Assembly (NCBI GenBank): GCA_964016885.1
Contig: CAXHJY010000397.1
Coordinates: 1-64,000, forward strand
Reading direction: 5' to 3'
DNA from: Eledone cirrhosa
Lineage: Eukaryota
Length of the DNA stretch: 64,000 nucleotides
Shown here: positions 12,870 to 25,250 of the stretch, one piece after another
How the letters are laid out: each line of letters starts with the position of its first letter
Numbering within the stretch: the stretch's first letter is position 1
Position numbers and translations under genes: made by a program
The notes under the pieces: model-generated
Seen by the model: the letters and a program-made list of their open reading frames with translations, nothing else
Databases searched by the model: none
What the model was told of the DNA's origin: nothing

Positions 12870-15440
12870 AGCTTAGCTTAGGATAGCTTAGGATAGCTTA
12901 GATTAGGATAGCTTAGCTTAGGTTAGCTTAGCTTAGGATAGCTTAGGATAGCTTAGCTTAGGATAGCTTAGGATAGCTTAGCTTAGGATAGCTTAGCTTA
13001 GGATAGCTTAGGATAGCTTAGCTTAGCTTAGCTTAGGATAGCTTAGCTTAGCTTAGCTTAGGATAGCTTAGCTTAGCTTAGCTTAGCTTAGGATAGCTTA
13101 GCTTAGCTTAGCTTAGGATAGCTTAGGATAGCTTGGCTTAGGATAGTTTAGGATAGCTTAGGATAGCTTAGCTTAGGATAGCTTAGGATAGCTTAGCTTA
13201 GGATAGCTTAGCTTAGGATAGCTTAGCTTAGCTTAGCTTAGGATAGCTTAGCTTAGGATAGCTTAGGATAGCTTAGCTTAGGATAGCTTAGCTTAGGATA
13301 GCTTAGGATAGCTTAGCTTAGCTTAGCTTAGCTTAGCTTAGCTTAGGATAGCTTAGCTTAGCTTAGCTTAGGATAGCTTAGCTTAGCTTAGGATAGCTTA
13401 GCTTAGCTTAGCTTAGGTAGCTTAGCTTAGCTTAGCTTAGGATAGCTTAGCTTAGCTTAGCTTAGGATAGCTTAGCTTAGCTTAGCTTAGGATAGCTTAG
13501 CTTAGCTTAGCTTAGGATAGCTTAGCTTAGCTTAGCTTAGGATAGCTTAGCTTAGCTTAGCTTAGGTTAGCTTAGCTTAGGATAGCTTAGTTTAGGTTAG
13601 CTTAGCTTAGCTTAGCTTAGCATAGCTTAGGATAGCTTAGCTTAGGATAGCTTAGCTTAGCTTAGCTTAGGATAGCTTAGCTTAGCTTAGCTTAGGATAG
13701 CTTAGCTTAGCTTAGCTTAGGATAGCTTAGCTTAGGATAGCTTAGGATAGCTTAGCTTAGGATAGCTTAGCTTAGGATAGCTTAGCTTAGCTTAGCTTAG
13801 GATAGCTTAGCTTAGGATAGCTTAGGATAGCTTAGCTTAGGATAGCTTAGCTTAGGATAGCTTAGGATAGCTTAGCTTAGCTTAGCTTAGGATAGCTTAG
13901 CTTAGCTTAGCTTAGGATAGCTTAGCTTAGCTTAGCTTAGGATAGCTTAGCTTAGCTTAGCTTAGGATAGCTTAGGATAGCTTAGCTTAGCTTAGCTTAG
14001 CTTAGGATAGCTTAGCTTAGCTTAGCTTAGGATAGCTTAGCTTAGCTTAGCTTAGGATAGCTTAGCTTAGCTTAGCTTAGGATAGCTTAGCTTAGATTAG
14101 CTTAGGATAGCTTAGCTTAGCTTAGCTTAGGATAGCTTAGGTTAGCTTAGGATAGCTTAGCTTAGGATAGCTTAGGATAGCTTAGATTAGGATAGCTTAG
14201 CTTAGGTTAGCTTAGCTTAGGATAGCTTAGGATAGCTTAGCTTAGGATAGCTTAGGATAGCTTAGCTTAGGATAGCTTAGCTTAGGATAGCTTAGGATAG
14301 CTTAGCTTAGCTTAGCTTAGGATAGCTTAGCTTAGCTTAGCTTAGGATAGCTTAGCTTAGCTTAGCTTAGCTTAGGATAGCTTAGCTTAGCTTAGCTTAG
14401 GATAGCTTAGGATAGCTTGGCTTAGGATAGTTTAGGATAGCTTAGGATAGCTTAGCTTAGGATAGCTTAGGATAGCTTAGCTTAGGATAGCTTAGCTTAG
14501 GATAGCTTAGCTTAGCTTAGCTTAGGATAGCTTAGCTTAGGATAGCTTAGGATAGCTTAGCTTAGGATAGCTTAGCTTAGGATAGCTTAGGATAGCTTAG
14601 CTTAGCTTAGCTTAGCTTAGCTTAGCTTAGGATAGCTTAGCTTAGCTTAGCTTAGGATAGCTTAGCTTAGCTTAGGATAGCTTAGCTTAGCTTAGCTTAG
14701 GTAGCTTAGCTTAGCTTAGCTTAGGATAGCTTAGCTTAGCTTAGCTTAGGATAGCTTAGCTCAGCTTAGCTTAGGATAGCTTAGCTTAGCTTAGCTTAGG
14801 ATAGCTTAGCTTAGCTTAGCTTAGGATAGCTTAGCTTAGCTTAGCTTAGGTTAGCTTAGCTTAGGATAGCTTAGTTTAGGTTAGCTTAGCTTAGCTTAGC
14901 TTAGCATAGCTTAGGATAGCTTAGCTTAGGATAGCTTAGCTTAGCTTAGCTTAGGATAGCTTAGCTTAGCTTAGCTTAGGATAGCTTAGCTTAGCTTAGC
15001 TTAGGATAGCTTAGCTTAGGATAGCTTAGGATAGCTTAGCTTAGGATAGCTTAGCTTAGGATAGCTTAGCTTAGCTTAGCTTAGGATAGCTTAGCTTAGG
15101 ATAGCTTAGGATAGCTTAGCTTAGGATAGCTTAGCTTAGGATAGCTTAGGATAGCTTAGCTTAGCTTAGCTTAGGATAGCTTAGCTTAGCTTAGCTTAGG
15201 ATAGCTTAGCTTAGCTTAGCTTAGGATAGCTTAGCTTAGCTTAGCTTAGGATAGCTTAGGATAGCTTAGCTTAGCTTAGCTTAGCTTAGGATAGCTTAGC
15301 TTTGCTTAGCTTAGGATAGCTTAGCTTAGCTTAGCTTAGGATAGCTTAGCTTAGCTTAGCTTAGGATAGCTTAGCTTAGATTAGCTTAGGATAGCTTAGC
15401 TTAGCTTAGCTTAGGATAGCTTAGGTTAGCTTAGGATAGC
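12870..15440. repeat. Tandem duplication of 1284 bp
   Basis: AGGTT 12920/14204, GGCTT 13135/14419, AGGT 13415/14699, AGCAT 13619/14903, all offset by 1284. Confidence 0.85.
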
Positions 15441-16780
15441 TTAGCTTAGGATAGCTTAGCTTAGGATAGCTTAGCTTAGGTTAGCTTAGCTTAGCTTAGG
15501 ATAGCTTAGGATAGCTTAGCTTAGGATAGCTTAGCTTAGCTTAGGATAGCTTAGCTTAGCTTAGGATAGCTTAGCTTAGCTTAGCTTAGCTTAGGATAGC
15601 TTAGCTTAGGATAGCTTAGGATAGCTTAGCTTAGCTTAGGATAGCTTAGCTTAGCTTAGCTTAGGATAGCTTAGCTTAGCTTAGCTTAGGATAGCTTAGG
15701 ATAGCTTAGCTTAGCTTAGCTTAGGATAGCTTAGCTTAGCTTAGCTTAGGATAGCTTAGCTTAGCTTAGCTTAGGATAGCTTAGCTTAGCTTAGCTTAGG
15801 ATAGCTTAGCTTAGCTTAGCTTAGGATAGCTTAGCTTAGCTTAGCTTAGGTTAGCTTAGCTTAGGATAGCTTAGTTTAGGTTAGCTTAGCTTAGCTTAGC
15901 TTAGCATAGCTTAGGATAGCTTAGCTTAGGATAGCTTAGCTTAGCTTAGCTTAGGATAGCTTAGCTTAGCTTAGCTTAGGATAGCTTAGCTTAGCTTAGC
16001 TTAGGATAGCTTAGCTTAGGATAGCTTAGGATAGCTTAGCTTAGGATAGCTTAGCTTAGGATAGCTTAGCTTAGCTTAGCTTAGGATAGCTTAGCTTAGG
16101 ATAGCTTAGGATAGCTTAGCTTAGGATAGCTTAGCTTAGGATAGCTTAGGATAGCTTAGCTTAGCTTAGCTTAGGATAGCTTAGCTTAGCTTAGCTTAGG
16201 ATAGCTTAGCTTAGCTTAGCTTAGGATAGCTTAGCTTAGCTTAGCTTAGGATAGCTTAGGATAGCTTAGCTTAGCTTAGCTTAGCTTAGGATAGCTTAGC
16301 TTAGCTTAGCTTAGGATAGCTTAGCTTAGCTTAGCTTAGGATAGCTTAGCTTAGCTTAGCTTAGGATAGCTTAGCTTAGATTAGCTTAGGATAGCTTAGC
16401 TTAGCTTAGCTTAGGATAGCTTAGGTTAGCTTAGGATAGCTTAGCTTAGGATAGCTTAGCTTAGGATAGCTTAGCTTAGGTTAGCTTAGCTTAGCTTAGG
16501 ATAGCTTAGGATAGCTTAGCTTAGGATAGCTTAGCTTAGCTTAGGATAGCTTAGCTTAGCTTAGGATAGCTTAGCTTAGCTTAGCTTAGCTTAGGATAGC
16601 TTAGCTTAGGATAGCTTAGGATAGCTTAGCTTAGCTTAGGATAGCTTAGCTTAGCTTAGCTTAGGATAGCTTAGCTTAGCTTAGCTTAGGATAGCTTAGG
16701 ATAGCTTAGCTTAGCTTAGCTTAGGATAGCTTAGCTTAGCTTAGCTTAGGATAGCTTAGCTTAGCTTAGCTTAGGATAGC
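14760..16780. repeat. Tandem duplication of 1000 bp
   Basis: AGCAT 14903/15903 and AGATT 15378/16378 offset by exactly 1000, with no register shift between the copies. Confidence 0.8.
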
Positions 16781-19199
16781 TTAGCTTAGCTTAGGATAGC
16801 TTAGCTTAGCTTAGCTTAGCTTAGGATAGCTTAGCTTAGCTTAGCTTAGGATAGCTTAGCTTAGCTTAGGATAGCTTAGCTTAGCTTAGCTTAGGATAGC
16901 TTAGCTTAGCTTAGCTTAGGATAGCTTAGCTTAGCTTAGCTTAGGATAGCTTAGCTTAGCTTAGCTTAGGATAGCTTAGCTTAGCTTAGGATAGCTTAGC
17001 TTAGCTTAGGATAGCTTAGCTTAGCTTAGCTTAGCTTAGCTTAGGATAGCTTAGCTTAGCTTAGCTTAGGATAGCTTAGCTTAGCTTAGCTTAGGATAGC
17101 TTAGCTTAGCTTAGCTTAGGATAGCTTAGCTTAGCTTAGGATAGCTTAGCTTAGCTTAGCTTAGGATAGCTTAGCTTAGCTGAGCTTAGGATAGCTTAGG
17201 ATAGCTTAGCTTAGGATAGCTTAGGATAGCTTACCTTAGGAGAGCTTAGCTTAGGAAAGCTTAGCTTAGGATAGCTTAGGATAGCTTAGCTTAGGATAGC
17301 TTAGCTTAGGATAGCTTAGCTTAGGATAGCTTAGGATAGCTTAGCTTAGCTTAGCTTAGGATAGCTTAGCTTAGCTTAGCTTAGGATAGCTTAGCTTAGC
17401 TTAGCTTAGGATAGATTAGCTTAGCTTAGGATAGCTTAGCTTAGCTTAGCTTAGGAAAGCTTAGCTTAGCTTAGGATAGCTTAGTTTAGCTTAGCTTAGG
17501 AGAGCTTAGCTTAGCTTAGCTTAGGATAGCTTAGCTTAGCTTAGCTTAGGATAGCTTAGCTTAGCTTAGCTTAGGTAGCTTAGCTTAGCTTAGCTTAGGA
17601 TAGCTTAGCTTAGCTTAGCTTAGCTTAGGTTAGCTTAGCTTAGCTTAGCTTAGGAGAGCTTAGCTTAGCTTAGCTTAGGATAGCTTAGGATAGCTTAGCT
17701 TAGGATAGCTTAGGATAGCTTACCTTAGGAGAGCTTAGCTTAGGATAGCTTAGCTTAGGATAGCTTAGGATAGCTTAGCTTAGGATAGCTTAGCTTAGGA
17801 TAGCTTAGCTTAGGATAGCTTAGGATAGCTTAGCTTAGCTTAGCTTAGGATAGCTTAGCTTAGCTTAGCTTAGGATAGCTTAGCTTAGGTTAGCTTAGCT
17901 TAGCTTAGCTTAGCTTAGGATAGCTTAGCTTAGGATAGCTTAGGATAGCTTAGCTTAGGATAGCTTAGGATAGCTTAGCTTAGGAGAGCTTAGCTTAGGA
18001 TAGCTTAGGATAGCTTAGCTTAGGATAGCTTAGGATAGCTTAGCTTAGGATAGCTTAGCTTAGGATAGCTTAGGATAGCTTAGCTTAGCTTAGGATAGCT
18101 TAGCTTAGCTTAGCTTAGGATAGCTTAGCTTAGCTTAGCTTAGGATAGCTTAGCTTAGCTTAGCTTAGGATAGCTTAGGATAGCTTAGCTTAGGATAGCT
18201 TAGGATAGCTTAGCTTAGGATAGCTTAGGATAGCTTAGGATAGCTTAGCTTAGCTTAGCTTAGGATAGCTTAGCTTAGCTTAGCTTAGGATAGCTTAGCT
18301 TAGCTTAGCTTAGGATAGCTTAGCTTAGCTTAGGATAGCTTAGCTTAGCTTAGCTTAGGATAGCTTAGCTTAGCTTAGCTTAGGACAGCTTAGCTTAGCT
18401 TAGCTTAGGATAGCTTAGCTTAGCTTAGGAGGGCTTAGCTTAGCTTAGCTTAGGATAGCTTAGCTTAGCTTAGCTTAGGATAGCTTAGCTTAGGATAGCT
18501 TAGCTTAGGATAGCTTAGCTTAGGTTAGCTTAGCTTAGCTTAGCTTAGGATAGCTTAGGATAGCTTAGCTTAGGATAGCTTAGCTTAGCTTAGCTTAGGA
18601 TAGCTTAGCTTAGCTTAGCTTAGGATAGCTTAGCTTAGCTTAGCTTAGGATAGCTTAGCTTAGCTTAGCTTAGGATAGCTTAGGATAGCTTAGCTTAGCT
18701 TAGCTTAGGGTAGCTTAGCTTAGCTTAGCTTAGGATAGCTTAGCTTAGCTTAGGATAGCTTAGCTTAGCTTAGCTTAGGATAGCTTAGCTTAGCTTAGCT
18801 TAGGATAGCTTAGCTTAGCTTAGCTTAGGATAGCTTAGGATAGCTTAGGATAGCTTAGCTTAGCTTAGCTTAGGATAGCTTAGCTTAGCTTAGCTTAGGA
18901 TAGCTTAGCTTAGCTTAGCTTAGGATAGCTTAGCTTAGCTTAGGATAGCTTAGCTTAGCTTAGCTTAGGATAGCTTAGCTTAGCTTAGCTTAGGATAGCT
19001 TAGCTTAGGATAGCTTAGCTTAGCTTAGCTTAGGATAGCTTAGCTTAGCTTAGCTTAGGATAGCTTAGCTTAGCTTAGCTTAGGATAGCTTAGCTTAGCT
19101 TAGCTTAGGATAGCTTAGGATAGCTTAGGATAGCTTAGCTTAGCTTAGCTTAGGATAGCTTAGCTTAGCTTAGCTTAGGATAGCTTAGCTTAGGATAGC

Positions 19200-22100
19200 T
19201 TAGGATTGCTTAGCTTAGCTTAGCTTAGGATAGCTTAGCTTAGCTTAGCTTAGGATAGCTTAGCTTAGCTTAGGATAGCTTAGCTTAGCTTAGCTTAGGA
19301 TAGCTTAGCTTAGCTTAGCTTAGGATAGCTTAGCTTAGCTTAGCTTAGGATAGCTTAGCTTAGCTTAGCTTAGGATAGCTTAGCTTAGCTTAGGATAGCT
19401 TAGCTTAGCTTAGCTTAGGATAGCTTAGCTTAGCTTAGGATAGCTTAGCTTAGCTTAGCTTAGGATAGCTTAGCTTAGCTTAGCTTAGGATAGCTTAGCT
19501 TAGCTTAGCTTAGGATAGCTTAGCTTAGCTTAGCTTAGGATAGCTTAGCTTAGCTTAGCTTAGGATAGATTAGCTTAGCTTAGGATAGCTTAGCTTAGCT
19601 TAGCTTAGGAAAGCTTAGCTTAGCTTAGGATAGCTTAGCTTAGCTTAGCTTAGGAGAGCTTAGCTTAGCTTAGCTTAGGATAGCTTAGCTTAGCTTAGCT
19701 TAGGATAGCTTAGCTTAGCTTAGGTAGCTTAGCTTAGCTTAGCTTAGGATAGCTTAGCTTAGCTTAGCTTAGCTTAGGATAGCTTAGCTTAGCTTAGCTT
19801 AGGAGAGCTTAGCTTAGCTTAGCTTAGGATAGCTTAGGATAGCTTAGCTTAGGATAGCTTAGGATAGCTTACCTTAGGAGAGCTTAGCTTAGGATAGCTT
19901 AGCTTAGGATAGCTTAGGATAGCTTAGCTTAGGATAGCTTAGCTTAGGATAGCTTAGCTTAGGATAGCTTAGGATAGCTTAGCTTAGCTTAGGATAGCTT
20001 AGCTTAGCTTAGCTTAGGATAGCTTAGCTTAGGTTAGCTTAGCTTAGCTTAGCTTAGCTTAGGATAGCTTAGCTTAGGATAGCTTAGGATAGCTTAGGAT
20101 AGCTTAGCTTAGGATAGCTTAGCTTAGGATAGCTTAGGATAGCTTAGCTTAGGATAGCTTAGGATAGCTTAGCTTAGGATAGCTTAGCTTAGGATAGCTT
20201 AGGATAGCTTAGCTTAGCTTAGCTTAGGATAGCTTAGATTAGCTTAGCTTAGGATAGCTTAGCTTAGCTTAGCTTAGGATAGCTTAGCTTAGCTTAGCTT
20301 AGCTTAGGATAGCTTAGCTTAGCTTAGGATAGCTTAGCTTAGCTTAGGATAGCTTAGCTTAGCTTAGCTTAGGATAGCTTAGCTTAGCTTAGCTTAGGAT
20401 AGCTTAGCTTAGCTTAGCTTAGGATAGCTTAGCTTAGCTTAGCTTAGGATAGCTTAGCTTAGCTTAGCTTAGGATAGCTTAGCTTAGCTTAGCTTAGGAT
20501 AGCTTAGCTTAGCTTAGCTCAGGATAGCTTAGCTTAGGATAGCTTATCTTAGCTTAGCTTAGGATAGCTTAGCTTAGCTTAGCTTAGGATAGCTTAGCTT
20601 AGCTTAGCTTAGGATAGCTTAGCTTAGCTTGGCTTAGGATAGCTTAGCTTAGCTTAGCTTAGGATAGCCTAGCTTAGCTTAGCTTAGGATGGCTTAGCTT
20701 AGCTTAGCTTAGGATAGCTTAGCTTAGCTTAGCATAGGATAGCTTAGCTTAGTTTAGGATAGCTTAGCTTAGCTAAGCTTAGCTTAGGATAGCTTAGGAT
20801 AGCTTAGCTTAGGATAGCTTAGGATAGCTTAGCTTAGGATAGCTTAGCTTAGGATAGCTTAGCTTAGGATAGCTTAGGATAGCTTAGCTTAGGATAGCTT
20901 AGGATAGCTTAGCTTAGGATAGCTTAGGATAGCTTAGCTTAGGATAGCTTAGCTTAGGATAGCTTAGGAAAGCTTAGCTTAGCTTAGCTTAGGATAGCTT
21001 AGCTTAGCTTAGCTTAGGATAGCTTAGCTTAGCTTAGCTTAGGATAGCTTAGGATAGCTTAGCTTAGGATAGCTTAGGATAGCTTAGATTAGGATAGCTT
21101 AGCTTAGGTTAGCTTAGCTTAGGATAGCTTAGGATAGCTTAGCTTAGGATAGCTTAGGATAGCTTAGCTTAGGATAGCTTAGCTTAGGATAGCTTAGGAT
21201 AGCTTAGCTTAGCTTAGCTTAGGATAGCTTAGCTTAGCTTAGCTTAGGATAGCTTAGCTTAGCTTAGCTTAGCTTAGGATAGCTTAGCTTAGCTTAGCTT
21301 AGGATAGCTTAGGATAGCTTAGCTTAGGATAGTTTAGGATAGCTTAGGATAGCTTAGCTTAGGATAGCTTAGGATAGCTTAGCTTAGGATAGCTTAGCTT
21401 AGGATAGCTTAGCTTAGCTTAGCTTAGGATAGCTTAGCTTAGGATAGCTTAGGATAGCTTAGCTTAGGATAGCTTAGCTTAGGATAGCTTAGGATAGCTT
21501 AGCTTAGCTTAGCTTAGCTTAGCTTAGCTTAGGATAGCTTAGCTTAGCTTAGCTTAGGATAGCTTAGCTTAGCTTAGGATAGCTTAGCTTAGCTTAGCTT
21601 AGGTAGCTTAGCTTAGCTTAGCTTAGGATAGCTTAGCTTAGCTTAGCTTAGGATAGCTTAGCTTAGCTTAGCTTAGGATAGCTTAGCTTAGCTTAGCTTA
21701 GGATAGCTTAGCTTAGCTTAGCTTAGGATAGCTTAGCTTAGCTTAGCTTAGGTTAGCTTAGCTTAGGATAGCTTAGTTTAGGTTAGCTTAGCTTAGCTTA
21801 GCTTAGCATAGCTTAGGATAGCTTAGCTTAGGATAGCTTAGCTTAGCTTAGCTTAGGATAGCTTAGCTTAGCTTAGCTTAGGATAGCTTAGCTTAGCTTA
21901 GCTTAGGATAGCTTAGGATAGCTTAGCTTAGCTTAGCTTAGCTTAGCTTAGCTTAGGATAGCTTAGCTTAGCTTAGCTTAGGATAGCTTAGCTTAGCTTA
22001 GGATAGCTTAGCTTAGCTTAGCTTAGGTAGCTTAGCTTAGCTTAGCTTAGGATAGCTTAGCTTAGCTTAGCTTAGGATAGCTTAGCTTAGCTTAGCTTAG

Positions 22101-25100
22101 GATAGCTTAGCTTAGCTTAGCTTAGGATAGCTTAGCTTAGCTTAGCTTAGGATAGCTTAGCTTAGCTTAGCTTAGGTTAGCTTAGCTTAGGATAGCTTAG
22201 TTTAGGTTAGCTTAGCTTAGCTTAGCTTAGCATAGCTTAGGATAGCTTAGCTTAGGATAGCTTAGCTTAGCTTAGCTTAGGATAGCTTAGCTTAGCTTAG
22301 CTTAGGATAGCTTAGCTTAGCTTAGCTTAGGATAGCTTAGCTTAGGATAGCTTAGGATAGCTTAGCTTAGCTTAGCTTAGGATAGCTTAGCTTAGCTTAG
22401 CTTAGGATAGCTTAGCTTAGCTTAGGATAGCTTAGCTTAGCTTAGCTTAGGATAGCTTAGCTTAGCTTAGCTTAGGATAGCTTAGCTTAGCTTTGCTTAG
22501 GATAGCTTAGCTTAGCTTAGCTTAGGATAGCTTAGCTTAGCTTAGCTTAGGATAGCTTAGCTTAGCTTAGCTTAGGATAGCTTAGCTTAGCTTAGCTTAG
22601 GATAGCTTAGCTTAGCTTAGCTTAGGATAGCTTAGCTTAGCTTAGCTTAGGATCGCTTAGCTTAGCTTAGCTTAGGATAGCTTAGCTTAGCTTAGGATAG
22701 CTTAGCTTAGCTTAGCTTAGGATAGCTTAGCTTAGCTTAGGATAGCTTAGGATAGCTTAGCTTAGGAGAGCTTAGCTTAGCTTAGCTTAGGATAGCTTAG
22801 CTTAGCTTAGCTTAGGATAGCTTAGCTTAACTTAGCTTAGGATAGCTTAGCTTAGCTTAGGATAGCTTAGCTTAGCTTAGCTTAGGATAGCTTAGCTTAG
22901 CTTAGCTTAGGATAGCTTAGCTTAGCTTAGCTTAGGATAGCTTAGGATAGCTTAGCTTAGGATAGCTTAGGATAGCTTACCTTAGGAGAGCTTAGCTTAG
23001 GATAGCTTAGCTTAGGATAGCTTAGGATAGCTTAGCTTAGGATAGCTTAGCTTAGGATAGCTTAGCTTAGGATAGCTTAGGATAGCTTAGCTTAGCTTAG
23101 CTTAGGATAGCTTAGCTTAGCTTAGCTTAGGATAGCTTAGCTTAGCTTAGCTTAGGATAGCTTAGCTTAGCTTAGCTTAGGATAGCTTAGGATAGCTTAG
23201 CTTAGGATAGCTTAGGATAGCTTAGCTTAGGATAGCTTAGGATAGCTTAGCTTAGGATAGCTTAGCTTAGGATAGCTTAGCTTAGGATAGCTTAGGATAG
23301 CTTAGCTTAGGATATCTTAGGATAGCTTAGCTTAGGATAGCTTAGCTTAGGATAGCTTAGGATAGCTTAGCTTAACTTAGCTTAGGATAGCTTAGCTTAG
23401 CTTAGGATAGCTTAGCTTAGCTTAGCTTAGGATAGCTTAGCTTAGCTTAGCTTAGCTTAGGATAGCTTAGGATAGCTTAGCTTAGGATAGCTTAGGATAG
23501 CTTAGCTTAGGATAGCTTAGGATAGCTTAGCTTAGGATAGCTTAGCTTAGGATAGCTTAGCTTAGGATAGTTTAGGATAGCTTAGCTTAGCTTAGCTTAG
23601 GATAGCTTAGGATAGCTTAGCTTAGGATAGCTTAGGATAGCTTAGCTTAGGATAGATTAGGATAGCTTAGCTTAGGATAGCTTAGGATAGCTTAGCTTAG
23701 GATAGCTTAGCTTAGGATAGCTTAGCTTAGCTTAGGATAGCTTAGCTTGGGATAGCTTAGGATAGCTTAGCTTAGGATAGCTTAGCTTAGGATAGCTTAG
23801 GATAGCTTAGCTTAGCTTAGCTTAGGATAGCTTAGCTTAGCTTAGCTTAGGATAGCTTAGCTTAGCTTAGGATAGCTTAGCTTAGCTTAGCTTAGGATAG
23901 CTTAGCTTAGCTTAGCTTAGGATAGCTTAGCTTAGCTTAGCTTAGGATAGCTTAGCTTAGCTTAGCTTAGGATAGCTTAGCTTAGCTTAGCTTAGGATAG
24001 CTTAGCTTAGCTTAGCTTAGAATAGCTTAGCTTAGGATAGCTTAGCTTAGGATAGCTTAGCTTAGGATAGCTTAGGATAGCTTAGCTTAGGATAGCTTAG
24101 GATAGCTTAGCTTAGGATAGCTTAGCTTAGCTTAGCTTAGGATAGCTTAGCTTAGCTTAGGATAGCTTAGCTTAGCTTAGCTTAGGATAGCTTAGCTTAG
24201 GATAGCTTAGGAAAGCTTAGCTTAGCTTAGCTTAGGACAGCTTAGCTTAGCTTAGCTTAGGATAGCTTAGCTTAGCTTAGGATAGCTTAGCTTAGCTTAG
24301 CTTAGGATAGCTTAGCTTAGCTTAGTTTAGGATAGCTTAGCTTAGCTTAGCTTAGGATAGCTTAGCTTAGCTTAGCTTAGGATAGCTTAGCTTAGCTTAG
24401 CTTAGGATAGCTTAGCTTAGGATAGCTTAGCTTAGCTTAGCTTAGGATAGCTTAGCTTAGCTTAGCTTAGGATAGCTTAGCTTAGGATAGCTTAGCTTAG
24501 CTTAGCTTAGGATAGCTTAGCATAGCTTAGCTTAGGATAGCTTAGCTTAGCTTAGCTTAGGATAGCTTAGCTTAGCTTAGCTTAGGATAGCTTAGCTTAG
24601 CTTAGCTTAGGATAGCTTAGCTTAGCTTAGCTTAGGATAGCTTAGCTTAGCTTAGCTTAGGATAGCTTAGCATAGCTTAGCTTAGGATAGCTTAGCTTAG
24701 CTTAGCTTAGGATAGCTTAGCTTAGCTTAGGATAGCTTAGCTTAGCTTGGCTTAGGTTAGCTTAGCTTAGCTTGGCTTAGGATAGCTTAGCTTAGCTTAG
24801 CTTAGGATAGCTTAGCTTAGGATAGCTTAGGATAGCTTAGCTTAGCTTAGCTTAGGATAGCTTAGCTTAGTTTAGGATAGCTTAGCTTAGCTTAGCTTAG
24901 GATAGCTTAGGATAGCTTAGCTTGGGACAGCTTAGGATAGCTTAGCTTAGGATAGCTTAGGATAGCTTAGCTTAGGATAGCTTAGGATAGCTTAGGTTAG
25001 GATAGCTTAGCTTAGGATAGCTTAGGATAGCTTAGCTTAGGATAGCTTAGGATAGCTTAGCTTAGAATAGCTTAGGATAGCTTAGCTTAGGATAGCTTAG

Positions 25101-25250
25101 CTTAGGATAGCTTAGGAAAGCTTAGCTTAGCTTAGCTTAGGATAGCTTAGCTTAGCTTAGCTTAGGATAGCTTAGCTTAGCTTAGCTTAGGATAGCTTAG
25201 GATAGCTTAGCTTAGGATAGCTTAGGATAGCTTAGCTTAGGATAGCTTAG
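19200..25250. repeat. Segmental repeat block, related to ~34.6-40.25 kb and ~50.7-56.3 kb
   Basis: AGCCT 20666/36125/52209, CGCTT after AGGAT 22654/37684/53763, GATATC 23311/38341/54420, AGAAT 24019/39044/55123, GGGAC 24924/39954/56028. Confidence 0.9.
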
